Shown: in pieces, positions 39,202-49,386 of the stretch
Layout of the letters: each line of letters begins with the position of its first letter
Position numbering within the stretch: the first letter of the stretch is position 1
Assembly (NCBI GenBank): GCA_963692865.2
Contig: OY843592.1
Location: 864,001 to 928,000, forward strand
Length of the DNA stretch: 64,000 bases
Direction: 5' to 3'
Source of the DNA: a bacterium
GTDB lineage: Bacteria > UBA8248
Notes under the pieces: generated by a model
What the model was told of the DNA's origin: nothing
What the model saw: only the letters and a program-made list of their open reading frames with translations
The model's database searches: none
Translations under genes and position numbers: made by a program

Positions 39202-40473
39202 ATGGATGCCGACCTGCTCTTCCGGCTCGCCGCCTTCGTCTTCCTCATGCTCTGCTCCGCCGGATTCTCGGCCAGCGAAACGGCCCTTTTCTCCCTTCCG
39301 CGCCCCAGGGTGCGCGCCATGCGCCGGGAAGGCGGCGCGGGTGAACGGGTGTCCGGCCTTCTGGACAGGCCCAGGCGGCTGATTACCTCCATATTGATGG
39401 GCAACGAAATCGTGAACATCGCCTCCTCCGCGCTGTTCACGGGCGTCGTGGTGGCTTATCTGGAACCCGGCAAGAGGTGGCTCGCCCCCGTGTTCATGAC
39501 GCCGCTCTTGATGATATTCGGCGAGATCACGCCCAAATCCCTGGCGGCCCGGTATCCGGAGCGGTTCTCGCGATTCCTGGCGCATCCCATATCTCTCTTC
39601 GCGCGCATTATCTCTCCTTTGCGATGGGTCTTTTTACAGGTGGCGAACGGCGTGCTCACCCTCTTGCGCGCGCCCTCGCACGACCCGCAGAGCATACTGA
39701 TGGAAGACGAATTCCTTCACCTCGTGGACGCGGGCCATGCCGAAGGCGAACTCGAAGAGGGCGAGCGCGAGCTCATTCACAACGTGTTCGGCTTTCACGA
39801 CAGAACCGTGTCCGACGTGGCCGTGCCGCGTACTGATCTGGAATGCTGGGAGATGGATCTGCCCGTCGCCGAGGTGATAGAGCGCGTCCGCACGGCGACG
39901 CACTCGCGCATTCCGATTTTCCAGCGAGACCGGGATCAGATAGTGGGCATCTTGTACGTCAAGGACTTTCTGCGCCAGACGCGGCGAAGAAACTTCGGCC
40001 CGGAGGAGCGTCTGACGAAACAGATGCTGCGCGCTCCCCTCATCGTTCCGGGCGGAATAAAGCTCGACCGCCTGTTCCGGCGGTTCCGGCACGAACGCAC
40101 CCACGTCGCCATCGTTCAGGACGAGTTCGGCGGCACCCTCGGCCTGGTGTCGATGACGGATCTGCTCGAGGAGATTTTCGGCGAGATCAAGGACGAGCAC
40201 GAAGAAGTCGAGGAGGCCTGGATCGAGCAGGAAAACGAGGAGTCATACCTGTGCCAGGGCCGCGTTCCCCTGGCCGAATTCTCGGCGGTGAGCGGCTGGG
40301 AACTCCCCGACTACGAGGAGGCGAACACGCTGGGCGGCGTGGTCTTCACGATGCTGGGCCATGTGCCTTCGGTGAACGAGCGGGTCCGGCTGGGAAGCGT
40401 GGAGTTCACGGTGACCGAGACGAGCGGTTCCCGCGTCCTGCAGGTGCGCGCGCGAAGACGGGAGGATTCCTGA
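39202..40473 (+). CDS. CNNM/CorB (hemolysin/TlyC family) CBS-domain protein
   Basis: FSASETALFSL, FGEITPK, HSRIP and DEFGGT.GLV...DLLEEIFGEI.DE motifs. Confidence 0.9.
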   Translation: MDADLLFRLAAFVFLMLCSAGFSASETALFSLPRPRVRAMRREGGAGERVSGLLDRPRRLITSILMGNEIVNIASSALFTGVVVAYLEPGKRWLAPVFMTPLLMIFGEITPKSLAARYPERFSRFLAHPISLFARIISPLRWVFLQVANGVLTLLRAPSHDPQSILMEDEFLHLVDAGHAEGELEEGERELIHNVFGFHDRTVSDVAVPRTDLECWEMDLPVAEVIERVRTATHSRIPIFQRDRDQIVGILYVKDFLRQTRRRNFGPEERLTKQMLRAPLIVPGGIKLDRLFRRFRHERTHVAIVQDEFGGTLGLVSMTDLLEEIFGEIKDEHEEVEEAWIEQENEESYLCQGRVPLAEFSAVSGWELPDYEEANTLGGVVFTMLGHVPSVNERVRLGSVEFTVTETSGSRVLQVRARRREDS

Positions 40474-40474
40474 A

Positions 40475-41725
40475 TTGGATATTTTCACCGTCATCGTCGT
40501 CGGTTTCTTCCTCCTTCTGGCGGAGGCGTTGTTCTCGGGCGCGGAGATAGCCATCGTTTCCGCGGATCGCGCCCGCCTGCGGGCCAAGGCGGAGGGCGGG
40601 AACAAGGGCGCTCATATCGCGTTGCAACTGCTGGAGAAACCCGAATGGCTCATGGGCACGATTCTCACCTGCCATAACGCGAGTTTCGTAACGAACGTCT
40701 CCCTGGCCACCATAGCGGCCATCAATTTCGTCGGTCCCGCATACGGCGAAATCCTTTCGGTCGTCCTCGTGATTCCGCTCCTCGTGGTGTTCGGCGAGGT
40801 GGTTCCCAAGGGCTATTGCCAGGCCCGCGCCGACGCGCTCGCACCTATGCTGGCGCGCGTCGTCTGGGGCGCCAGGGTGATCGTGTATCCCCTGGTGTGG
40901 CTCATCAGCGCGCTTATCGGCGCCGTTTTGGGGCTGAGAAGGCGCAATGGCGAGAGCACCCCTTTCGTCACGCGGCAGGAACTCGAATCGCTGGTGGAGG
41001 AGCAAAGCGACGGAGACGTGCAGGTTCTCGAACGCCAGATGATCGGCCGCATCTTCACGTTCGGCGAGTTGGACATGGAGAACGTGCTCGTGCCCATCGT
41101 GGACCTCTCGGCGGTGGATGAGGAAGGCACGGTGGAGGAGGTGATCCAGCGAATCGAGGACGACGGCCACTCGAGGATTCTGATCTACAGTGAAAACCTG
41201 CACCACATCGTCGGCGTCGTCCACGCGAGGGACATTATCGGCCTGGGGCCCGACGCCGCGGGACGATTGAAGGACAAGGATGACCTCATTCGAAGCGCTT
41301 ATTTCGTGCCGGAGACGAAACCGGCCGACAGTCTTCTCGATGAGTTGATGAGCCGAAAGGACAAGATGGCCGTCGTGGTGGATGAATACGGCGCCTGCAC
41401 CGGCATCGTGACGATGGAGGACCTGGTGGAGGAGATCGTGGGCGACATCGCCGATGAATACGACGTCGACGAAATCCGCCGGTTCCACAAGCTGGGTGAG
41501 GCGCATTACATCGTCGATGCCCGCATGGAGGTCGAGGACGTGCGCGAGACGCTGGAGTTGCCCTTGCCCGACGGGGACTACGAGACGTTGTCGGGCTATC
41601 TTCTGGGACGGTTCGAGCGCATCCCGAAAGAGGGTGAGAGCGTATCCCTGGAGGAGTGGACCCTCACCGTGGAATCGGCGAACGAGCGGCAGATAGAGAC
41701 CGTTCGCTTGGAGCGAAACGACTAG
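40475..41725 (+). CDS. CNNM/CorB (hemolysin/TlyC family) CBS-domain protein, second paralogue
   Basis: FSGAEIA, FGEVVPK, HSRI and VDEYG...GIVT.EDLVEEIVGDI.DE motifs. Confidence 0.9.
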   Translation: MDIFTVIVVGFFLLLAEALFSGAEIAIVSADRARLRAKAEGGNKGAHIALQLLEKPEWLMGTILTCHNASFVTNVSLATIAAINFVGPAYGEILSVVLVIPLLVVFGEVVPKGYCQARADALAPMLARVVWGARVIVYPLVWLISALIGAVLGLRRRNGESTPFVTRQELESLVEEQSDGDVQVLERQMIGRIFTFGELDMENVLVPIVDLSAVDEEGTVEEVIQRIEDDGHSRILIYSENLHHIVGVVHARDIIGLGPDAAGRLKDKDDLIRSAYFVPETKPADSLLDELMSRKDKMAVVVDEYGACTGIVTMEDLVEEIVGDIADEYDVDEIRRFHKLGEAHYIVDARMEVEDVRETLELPLPDGDYETLSGYLLGRFERIPKEGESVSLEEWTLTVESANERQIETVRLERND

Positions 41726-42193
41726 GAGTTGTTGAAAAGTCCTGAACTCGTGATTCGGCGTATGCAAACAACCCGGGAGGGCGTGGTAGCGGACGGGCCC
41801 CTGCGCCTGTCCGGGGCCGTAGCCCGTCCTTTCGAGGGGGTTCGGTTTTGTTTGTCATTCCGGCGTCGGAACCGGCCGGGGAGGGAGGTCGAACCCGATT
41901 GACGAATGAGGGTTCGGCGCGACTGACGAGAAGCAAGAAAACCACTCCCCCCTTGGGGGGGAGTCAGTGAGCTGAGGGCGTAAGCCCGAAAGCGAACTGG
42001 TGGGGGGTATAATTCGGAATGGCAATAAAACGCATTTTTACCCCCCACCGGTTCAGCCTTCGCACAAAACGCTCGGCTTCACCGTCGGGCATTCCCCTCG
42101 GGATGCCCGACCCTCAAGGGGGGAGTGGTTGTTGGGCGCTCTGCAAGGGGAGAATGTATGGGCCCGGCCCGTAACAGGCTTTTCAACAACCCC
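41725..42193. mobile_element. MITE-like TIR element carrying an intact ~190-bp structured element (41941-42129)
   Basis: GGAGTTGTTGAAAAGTCC...GGCTTTTCAACAACCCC; left end overlaps the stop codon of the upstream gene; no clean target duplication. Confidence 0.75.
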
Positions 42194-42257
42194 GTACGGC
42201 TGGCGCGTGGCGCGCTCTCGATGGCGCGAAAACGATTTTTTCGGCGGATGAGTTCCG

Positions 42258-43322
42258 CTAGATGGTTTCGGGCGGCTCGACGCCCAGCCAGCCGCCTATC
42301 ATCTCGAGCGCCTCCCACTGGCTGGCTTCATAGGGGATGCCGTTTTTCTCAGCGTCCGCTTTTTTGCGCGCCTCGCGCTCTCCCGGAAGGAGCATCTCCG
42401 GCCCCCCGCAGCTTTTGATGTCCCGCACCGCATCGGCCAGACGCTTTTTCGCGTCCTCCATTGGATATAGCGCGTCCAGCCTCCAGGCCTCAATCGTCTG
42501 GGTGATGCGGGCGTCGGGCCGGACGCGCAGTGTCGGAATATGCCGCGTCGAGCCGCCGCCGATGACGCCGTCCAGATCCACCAGAACGGCGAGACCGGAG
42601 CCCTTGTAGCCGAAATGCGTTCCTCCCAGGGGGAGAACGGAACCTTTGAGTAATTCGTCATACGGCACGTGGCCGGAAATGACCTCTCCGTTCTCATCAA
42701 GAAAATAATCGTCCGGTATCGCCTCTCCCGCGCGGCTGGCGCGAATGGCGGGGCTCACGGCGCGCTGCGTGGTGGCCACGTCGATGACGACGGCCCGATC
42801 CCCCGCGGGCACTCCCCAGGCGATGGGGTTCGTGCCCAGCCGAATCCTGTTTCCGCCGAAAGGCTTCATCCACGCGCCGGAGGTGCACGTGGCGCGGCCG
42901 GCGAGACCCCGTTCGGTGAGCGCCTCCACGTACACGCACGCCGCCCCGAAGTGATTCGCGTTGTGCACATAGACCTTTCCGATGCCGTATTCTTCCGCCA
43001 AATCGCCCGCGAGGCGCGTCGCGTCCATCGCCGCCGCCGGGCCGATGCCGGCTTGCGCGTCCATGGCGGCGACGGCCCGGTTTTCGTTTCGCTCGATAAT
43101 CGGCGTGGCTTTGGGGTCGATGGCGTCTTTCTGAATGCGCTCGACGAGTTCGCGCAAGCCCGTCCCGCCCGCCACGCCGTGGCTCGATATTCCGCGCATG
43201 TCCGCCGCCGCGAGGATTTCCGCCGTCACCCTGGCGCGTTCCTCGCAGGCTCCCAGGGCCATGATGCATTTCGTGGCGAAACGCACGAGCGCTTCTTCGG
43301 AAATTCGTTTCGTTTCACTCAT
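42258..43322 (-). CDS. Ldh_2 family oxidoreductase (malate/L-lactate/ureidoglycolate dehydrogenase family)
   Basis: AD.RG..SHG, NHFG, GTNPIA and LPLGG...GYKG.GL motifs. Confidence 0.88.
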   Translation of the reverse strand: MSETKRISEEALVRFATKCIMALGACEERARVTAEILAAADMRGISSHGVAGGTGLRELVERIQKDAIDPKATPIIERNENRAVAAMDAQAGIGPAAAMDATRLAGDLAEEYGIGKVYVHNANHFGAACVYVEALTERGLAGRATCTSGAWMKPFGGNRIRLGTNPIAWGVPAGDRAVVIDVATTQRAVSPAIRASRAGEAIPDDYFLDENGEVISGHVPYDELLKGSVLPLGGTHFGYKGSGLAVLVDLDGVIGGGSTRHIPTLRVRPDARITQTIEAWRLDALYPMEDAKKRLADAVRDIKSCGGPEMLLPGEREARKKADAEKNGIPYEASQWEALEMIGGWLGVEPPETI

Positions 43323-43334
43323 GTAGATGGATTC

Positions 43335-44057
43335 CTATGAAAGTTTGGAGCTTTGTGGTTCATGAACCGGAAACTCGACGATGAAGGATACGCCGCCCTC
43401 GGGAGGGGTCGTAAGTTCGAGGCGCCCGCCCAGCATGAGGGCGGTGAGACGGCTTCGGTAGAGACCGATTCCGATTCCCCGAAGGGCGCCCGGGTTTTCC
43501 AGGTCCTTCGCCATCCAGTCGATGAACGAATTGGTGGAAAAGGAGGGTGTTTCGGCGTCGCGGTTTGTGGTCGATAAAACGATCCGCTCGTTCTCCTTCT
43601 TGAGAAGCGCGTGGATGATGCCGCCCTCGGGCGCGACGTGAATGGCCGCGTCCAGAAGGTCGTCGATGAGGAAGGTGAGCCTCGTCCTGTCGCCATACAT
43701 GTCGAGCCTGGAGGGCATTTCGGGCAAAAACCGGAACGAGGGGAAATTCCACAGCCGCTTGCCGATGCGCTCGCTGAAAAGATGCGCGAGGTTGATTTCT
43801 GCGTTTTCAAGGTCTACACGTTTGGCCTCGATGTCGGCGGCGTCGGCGAGCGTCTCGATGAGGCGGCTCAGGCGGTGTATGTTTTCGGATAAATCCCGAA
43901 TCTCCTCACGCGCCTTCCAGGGGTCGGATTCCTCGGCCAGGGCGAGGAACCTGTCATTCAGACGAGAAGCGGGCGTTTGGAGTTCGCGCGCGGCGAGACG
44001 GAGGAACAATGCTGCGAGCCGTTCGTTCGCAGGTTGTTTTTCTCCGCCGTCATTCAT
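43335..44057 (-). CDS. Degenerate histidine-kinase-like protein
   Basis: H-box ARELQTP (His replaced by Arg), N-box DDLLDAAI, G2 box GIGIGL and LGGRL...EGG..F..EFP retained. Confidence 0.7.
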   Translation of the reverse strand: MNDGGEKQPANERLAALFLRLAARELQTPASRLNDRFLALAEESDPWKAREEIRDLSENIHRLSRLIETLADAADIEAKRVDLENAEINLAHLFSERIGKRLWNFPSFRFLPEMPSRLDMYGDRTRLTFLIDDLLDAAIHVAPEGGIIHALLKKENERIVLSTTNRDAETPSFSTNSFIDWMAKDLENPGALRGIGIGLYRSRLTALMLGGRLELTTPPEGGVSFIVEFPVHEPQSSKLS

Positions 44058-44517
44058 GTGATTTCTCGGTTTTCCGGCTCGATGATTGGTTGAGCGCGGC
44101 GACCGATTCCGATATGAATTCCGCCGTTCCGCTCGTCATCGGACTGAAGGAGGATACCTCGCATAAGGGAACCCACCTGGCTTCGGAAATGTCGCTCGCC
44201 GCCTGGAGCGTCCCCCCGGTGGGCCGGCACACGAAATCAATCAGCACGTAGTGAAATTGCACGCGCCCCCATTCGTCGCGGGTGACGCGGTTCAGAACCT
44301 TGCCCTCTGAGAGAACCTCCACATCCAGGCCGGTCTCTTCCTTGACCTCTCGTATACAGGCTTCTTCAAGGCCTTCACCCAGGTGAACGCCGCCGCCCGG
44401 AATGCTCCAGGCGCCCATCTTGGGGGGCTGCCCACGGCGGACGATGAGGACGTTTTCCTCATCGAGGATGATGGCCCCTACGCCGACAATCGGGCGAAGC
44501 GGATATTCACGACCCAA
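44050..44517 (-). CDS. NUDIX hydrolase
   Basis: WSIPGG.V.LGE.LEEA..REVKEETGL Nudix box. Confidence 0.9.
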   Translation of the reverse strand: MGREYPLRPIVGVGAIILDEENVLIVRRGQPPKMGAWSIPGGGVHLGEGLEEACIREVKEETGLDVEVLSEGKVLNRVTRDEWGRVQFHYVLIDFVCRPTGGTLQAASDISEARWVPLCEVSSFSPMTSGTAEFISESVAALNQSSSRKTEKSHE

Positions 44518-44677
44518 TCCCCCGGCTCCTCAGGTGAAAGATGAAAGAAAAACACTTAAGACTTCGGATTGCGCGTACCCCATGCCCTCGGTTTCAAAAT
44601 AGCATGTTTTACTCCACAAGGGTTATGGCGAATCGAGCAGAATACTGAAAGATGGGCATCCCCCGCCGCTCATTCCG

Positions 44678-44706
44678 TTGACACGCCGTGGTGGGGGCCG
44701 TATCAT
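44678..44706 (+). promoter_or_regulatory. sigma70 promoter
   Basis: TTGACA-17nt-TATCAT upstream of the EamA gene. Confidence 0.65.
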
Positions 44707-44823
44707 TTTTTCGGTTTTTGAAGCCTGCCCTTCGGAACTTCCCTGAATCGAGGGCGCTTTCATCCCCCCATCAGCCAAGAGGTATGCGTGGCGAGCAGGG
44801 ACGTCCGCGCCGGGGAGTCGCGT

Positions 44824-45666
44824 ATGCCGCCTGAAGTCGTATTCGCGCTCATGTCGCTGTGCTTTCTCGGCGTCAATGACTTCCTCTACAAATGGGGCCA
44901 GCAGTGGGATATGCGCAGCGGCCCATTCATGTTCCTGCAGAACATGGCGTATCTGCCCAACGCCTTCGGCCTGGCCTGGTATCGGGACGAGTTGATCCTG
45001 AATCCGGGACTCGCCTTCGGCTTCATCAACGGGATTTTGGCGTTCACCGCGTTCTTGTTCGTCCTGCTCGCCTTGAAGAGAGGCGAGGCGGTGGCGCTCG
45101 TGCCGATCGTCCGCCTCAATTTCGCGGTGACGGCCGCTCTCACGATTTTTTTCCTGGGCGAGAGCGTAAACCTCATCAAGGGCGCCGCCCTCCTCCTGGC
45201 GGCTCTCGCCGTGACGGCGGGCGGCAGCGGCGTGGCGGCGTCCGTCGGGGACAGGCGTTCCGTGGCCTTGGCGATTGGCGCCATGTGCATGTTCGGGGTC
45301 ATCGGGCTGTTCTACAAACTGGGGCTCGGAATGGGCGCCAAACCCGCCATGATGACGGCGGTGCAAAGCGTGGGCGTCTTCTGCATGGCCGTACCCTACG
45401 CTCTCCTGCAAAAAGACCCGCTACCCAGGCGCGGCGTGCCGCTCTGGCTTCCTTTCGTGTGCGGCGTGCTCACCTCTTCGAGTTACGTGGCCATCGCCGT
45501 GGGGTTCACCTATGGCGAGGCGGTCGTCGTCGCGCCCATCGCCCAGTTGAGCTTCGTGTTGACCGGGGTGCTCGCCATCATCTTCCTGAAAGAGAAGCTG
45601 ACGCTCAGAAAAGGGGTGGGCGTCATATTCGCCGCGGCGTCCGTGATTCTCTTCTCCAGAGGGTAG
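44824..45666 (+). CDS. EamA/DMT family transporter
   Basis: About 10 TM segments; twofold repeat with FFLGE and IFLKEK motifs. Confidence 0.85.
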   Translation: MPPEVVFALMSLCFLGVNDFLYKWGQQWDMRSGPFMFLQNMAYLPNAFGLAWYRDELILNPGLAFGFINGILAFTAFLFVLLALKRGEAVALVPIVRLNFAVTAALTIFFLGESVNLIKGAALLLAALAVTAGGSGVAASVGDRRSVALAIGAMCMFGVIGLFYKLGLGMGAKPAMMTAVQSVGVFCMAVPYALLQKDPLPRRGVPLWLPFVCGVLTSSSYVAIAVGFTYGEAVVVAPIAQLSFVLTGVLAIIFLKEKLTLRKGVGVIFAAASVILFSRG

Positions 45667-45669
45667 GTT

Positions 45670-46848
45670 TTACAGCACTTCTTCGTTTCGAAGTCGCTCG
45701 ATTTCCGGGGGCGTCATGCCCAGCCATTCGTCGAGAATCGCTTCGGTATGCTGCCCGAGCGCCGGCCCCGTCCAGGCGATGTCGAGGGGCGTCTGCGACA
45801 TTCTCGGGAAAGCGCCCTGCATGGGCACGGCGCCGAAATCCGCGTCCGGCACGTGGCGAACCAGGTTTCTCGCCTGAAAATGGGGGTCTGAGAGGATGTC
45901 TTCGATGTCGTAGACGGGGCTCGCCGTTACGCCGCCCGCGTTGAAAAGCGCCATGTTCTCGTCGCAGGTGCGCTTCGCTATCGCGTCGGCCACGATTTTA
46001 TCGAGCGCATCCTGGTTCTCGACGCGCGTCTCGTTGTTCGCGAATCGCTCGTCGGTGATGATGTCTTCGCGCTCCAGGGCGCGGGCGAGACGTTCATACA
46101 TCGGCTGGGTGGAGGCGGAAATCGCCACCCACTTGCCGTCGCTCGTGGGATAGATGTTTCTGGGCGCCGAGTTCTCGGAGCGGTTGCCCAGGCGCGGGCG
46201 TTTTTCCCCCTCGATGAGATAGCGGGCCGCCTGTGGACCCAGAACCGTGAAAAGCGGCTCGTAAAGCGCCAGATCGATGACCTGCCCCTTCCCGCCTCCC
46301 AGGGCGTCGCGGTGATAGAGCGCGAACATGGTGGAGGCGACGCCCTGGAGCGCGGCCGTCATGTCCGCCAGGGGCTGGGGCGGGGCCAGGGGAGGGGAGT
46401 CGGGAAACCCGTTCATATCGGCGAAGCCCGACATCGCCTCCACCAGGGTGCCGAAGCCCGGCCTGTCGCGGTAAGGCCCGTCCTGTCCCCATCCGGATAT
46501 CCGGACGACGATGAGTCTCGGGTTCACTTTCCACAACTCGTCCGGCCCGATCCCCCAGCTTTCGAGTTTGCCGACGAAAAAATTCTCGGCGAGAACGTCC
46601 GCATGGACCGCCAGCTTGCGGATGAGGTCCTGCCCTTGCGGGTTCGCCAGGTTGGTGGTGATGGAGCGCTTCCCCCGGCCATAAACCTTCCACCAATAAG
46701 GATTCCAGGCCCGCAGCGTATCGCCGTGGCCCGGCGCTTCTATCTTGACCACGTCGGCGCCGGCGTCGGCCAGCAGCATGCCGTACATTCCGCCCGAGAC
46801 GAGGCGGGTCAGGTCCAATACCTTGACGCCCTCAAGGGGTCTGCTCAC
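45670..46848 (-). CDS. CaiB/BaiF class III CoA-transferase
   Basis: PLEGVKVLDL, GADVVKIE, RGKRSI, SGWGQDGPY..RPG and P.LGQHT motifs. Confidence 0.92.
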   Translation of the reverse strand: MSRPLEGVKVLDLTRLVSGGMYGMLLADAGADVVKIEAPGHGDTLRAWNPYWWKVYGRGKRSITTNLANPQGQDLIRKLAVHADVLAENFFVGKLESWGIGPDELWKVNPRLIVVRISGWGQDGPYRDRPGFGTLVEAMSGFADMNGFPDSPPLAPPQPLADMTAALQGVASTMFALYHRDALGGGKGQVIDLALYEPLFTVLGPQAARYLIEGEKRPRLGNRSENSAPRNIYPTSDGKWVAISASTQPMYERLARALEREDIITDERFANNETRVENQDALDKIVADAIAKRTCDENMALFNAGGVTASPVYDIEDILSDPHFQARNLVRHVPDADFGAVPMQGAFPRMSQTPLDIAWTGPALGQHTEAILDEWLGMTPPEIERLRNEEVL

Positions 46849-46900
46849 GGTTTTTCTCCCGTCCGTTCAAAGGGGCCGCCTTTTTCTACTACTTCCAGAA

Positions 46901-47629
46901 TCAATCTTTCAACGTGATCCACAAGGCGGCGTGATCGCTTGGGGGTTTCGGGTCGCCCTTCACCCAATCGATGCGCGCGTCAAGAAGTCGATTTCGCGCG
47001 CTTCGATTGATGAACGCATGATCCAGCCGAAAGCTCCCTCCCCCGCCGGGCGCGCGCCAGGTGTAGGCGCGTTTTCGGCCGTAAACGCTGCGGTAGGCGT
47101 CCGCCCATCCCGCTTTCGACATGGCCGTCATGAAATCGTCTTCGCGCCTGTTGAAGCATTTCACCGTTTCATCCTCGCCGATTCGCCCGGTGTTGAAATC
47201 ACCCGCCACGATGGCGTCTCCCCCGCGCCAGCGGCGCGTCAAATCGCGGAGCGCATCCAGGAAGGGATATTTGATGCCGCTCACGCGGTTGGGAACGTGA
47301 ACGGCGGCGACCGTGATGGGCGCGGGCGCGCGAACGTGGGCGAGCAGGCGGCGTTCTACAGGTTCGGGAGGCCTTCTCCAGTGAACGCGCCTGAGCGGCC
47401 GGCGCGAGGCGAGGAGCAGGGCGTTTTTGGCCGGATGATTTTCAGACGCCGTGTTCAGTTGATGAGGCAGTCCCAGCTCCTCGATACGGGAGGCGATCTC
47501 CCGGCTGGGCGGAGTGCCACGAAACTCCGTCAGAATGACGATGTCGGGACTTCCCTGGCCGATGCGCTCCACGATTTTGGCCGCCCGGCGTCCGCCGCCG
47601 TGCATGATGTTCCAGATGAGAATCTTCAT
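46901..47629 (-). CDS. Endonuclease/exonuclease/phosphatase family protein
   Basis: MKIL.WNI, PDI..L.E, GDFN, RLDH and SDH motifs. Confidence 0.85.
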   Translation of the reverse strand: MKILIWNIMHGGGRRAAKIVERIGQGSPDIVILTEFRGTPPSREIASRIEELGLPHQLNTASENHPAKNALLLASRRPLRRVHWRRPPEPVERRLLAHVRAPAPITVAAVHVPNRVSGIKYPFLDALRDLTRRWRGGDAIVAGDFNTGRIGEDETVKCFNRREDDFMTAMSKAGWADAYRSVYGRKRAYTWRAPGGGGSFRLDHAFINRSARNRLLDARIDWVKGDPKPPSDHAALWITLKD

Positions 47630-47755
47630 GGCGAAGGGAGTGTAGCGGTAGTAATATGTGCGACGCCAATGGAAGTTGAGTGTCTCGTTGAAAAGCAAAA
47701 GCCGGAGGATGTCGAGCCCCCGCCTGGGCGCCGACCCGGCGGGGAGGAAATCTCG

Positions 47756-48298
47756 TTGAAACGGATATGCGTTTTCGCCGGTTCGTCTAAAGGCGTGCGG
47801 ACTGAATATCGGGAGGCGGCGCGAACCTTGGGCCATGCCCTGGGTGCGCGTGGAATCGGCGTGGTGTACGGCGCGGGAGGCATCGGACTCATGGGCGTTC
47901 TGGCCGACGCCGTGCTCGAAAGCGGCGGCGAGATAATCGGCGTGATTCCCGACAGGTTGATGGAAATGGAGGTCGCCCATCAGGGGATCACCGAACTTCG
48001 CGTCGTGCGAACGATGCACGAGAGAAAAGCCTTGATGGCGGAATTGGCCGATGGATTCATCGCGCTGCCTGGCGGACTCGGAACGCTCGAGGAAACCATG
48101 GAGATGATCACATGGCTCCAACTCGGGTACCACGACAAGCCCGTCGGCCTGCTCAACGTCCGCGGTTATTATGATCCTTTGCTGGGATTTTTCCGCCACA
48201 TGAACGAGGAAGGTTTCATCTCGGAGAAAATCCTGGATTCCTTCACGGTCGACGACGCGCCCGAGGGACTGATGCGGCGGATGCTTACTCCCAGGTGA
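47756..48298 (+). CDS. LOG family (TIGR00730) phosphoribohydrolase
   Basis: ICVFAGSS, VYGAG..GLMG, MHERK and PGGLGTLEE motifs. Confidence 0.92.
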   Translation: MKRICVFAGSSKGVRTEYREAARTLGHALGARGIGVVYGAGGIGLMGVLADAVLESGGEIIGVIPDRLMEMEVAHQGITELRVVRTMHERKALMAELADGFIALPGGLGTLEETMEMITWLQLGYHDKPVGLLNVRGYYDPLLGFFRHMNEEGFISEKILDSFTVDDAPEGLMRRMLTPR

Positions 48299-48959
48299 GC
48301 GCGGCGAGGTAGCCCGCGCCCTCATCCAGCGCTGTCTTCGCCTCGATTCCCTGCGCCTGCTTGTGCGCCTGGATGGTTTTTAAGTGGGCGTACCCCTCCC
48401 AGAGCACATGGCGGAAGGTCCACTCCAGGTTGTAGTGGAAGGCGTTGTATTTTTTCTCGTCGCGCCGGAAGCCGTCGGGGTGGATTTTGAGCACCACGTT
48501 TTCAATCCAGTCGATGTACCGATCACCCGAGGGCCATTCGTAGTTCCGGGGAACGACCCTTTCTTTGGTTTTTTCCCGCAAGGATTCGAGGGTTTCGTTT
48601 TCGAGAATATCCAGAGCCAGTCGGCAGCCGTCTTCATAAGCGGCGAGCAGATCGTCCATCTCGTGGAATCGTTCGGGATCGAGGAGACGATCCGCACCGC
48701 CCGTGTCGTACAGGGATTTCGGCCTCGGCAGCTCCTCTCCAAACAATGACTTCCCCCAGACCTGTAAAAACCACCTGTAATTCACATAACCCATGTGGCT
48801 GACCTGCTCGCGGATCGGCCACATTCCCCAGCTTTTGCCGGGTTGTTTCAGATCCAGTTGCTCGTCCGTGAGGCCTTCCACTTCCCGGGCGTACATTTCG
48901 GGCAAAAGGGCGTATTCGGGAAAAATTTCCGTGGCGGGCCTTGAAGAGTCCTGCGTCAT
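48285..48959 (-). CDS. DinB-like family protein
   Basis: L.DEQLD....W..W.IREQVSH and H...E...H..TI patterns. Confidence 0.6.
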   Translation of the reverse strand: MTQDSSRPATEIFPEYALLPEMYAREVEGLTDEQLDLKQPGKSWGMWPIREQVSHMGYVNYRWFLQVWGKSLFGEELPRPKSLYDTGGADRLLDPERFHEMDDLLAAYEDGCRLALDILENETLESLREKTKERVVPRNYEWPSGDRYIDWIENVVLKIHPDGFRRDEKKYNAFHYNLEWTFRHVLWEGYAHLKTIQAHKQAQGIEAKTALDEGAGYLAALTWE

Positions 48960-49034
48960 TTTCTGTGTCCTCGGATGGAATCGGGAGCCGGGAATATATC
49001 ACGCCGCGTCCGGTTTCGCGCGGGGCGCGGATTA

Positions 49035-49311
49035 GGGGTTGTTGAAAAAGCCTGCTTTCGTGATTCGGCGAATGAAACCAACCGGGGGGCGTGGGGACAG
49101 GCCCCCGCGCCTGTCCGAGGTCCCTGCGCGACGGCGCGGTTTTGTTCGTCATTCCGGCGAAAGCCGGAATCCATTTGTTTTGCCTTTGTTTTTTCTTTTC
49201 TGACTGATTCTTCCCAATGACGGCGGTGGTCGGTTCCGACCGATGAGGAAGGTCGAACCCGATTGATGAATGAGGGTTCGACCAAGCGGGGCAGGGTTTT
49301 TCAACAACCCC
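49035..49311. mobile_element. MITE-like TIR element
   Basis: GGGGTTGTTGAAAAAGCC...GGTTTTTCAACAACCCC; flanks ATTA/GTTA. The left half matches the 41725 element and the right ~90 bp matches the 25453 element. Confidence 0.85.
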
Positions 49312-49386
49312 GTTACGGATGCCGGTTTCTCGTGCCATAATGCGCATCTATCGCTTCGTTTCATTTCTCTGTCCCTTGGATAGGCT

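Noticed and set aside
39202-41725. Tandem 'hemolysin' virulence genes
   Set aside because: These are CNNM/CorB Mg2+ transport-type proteins, and tandem paralogues are common
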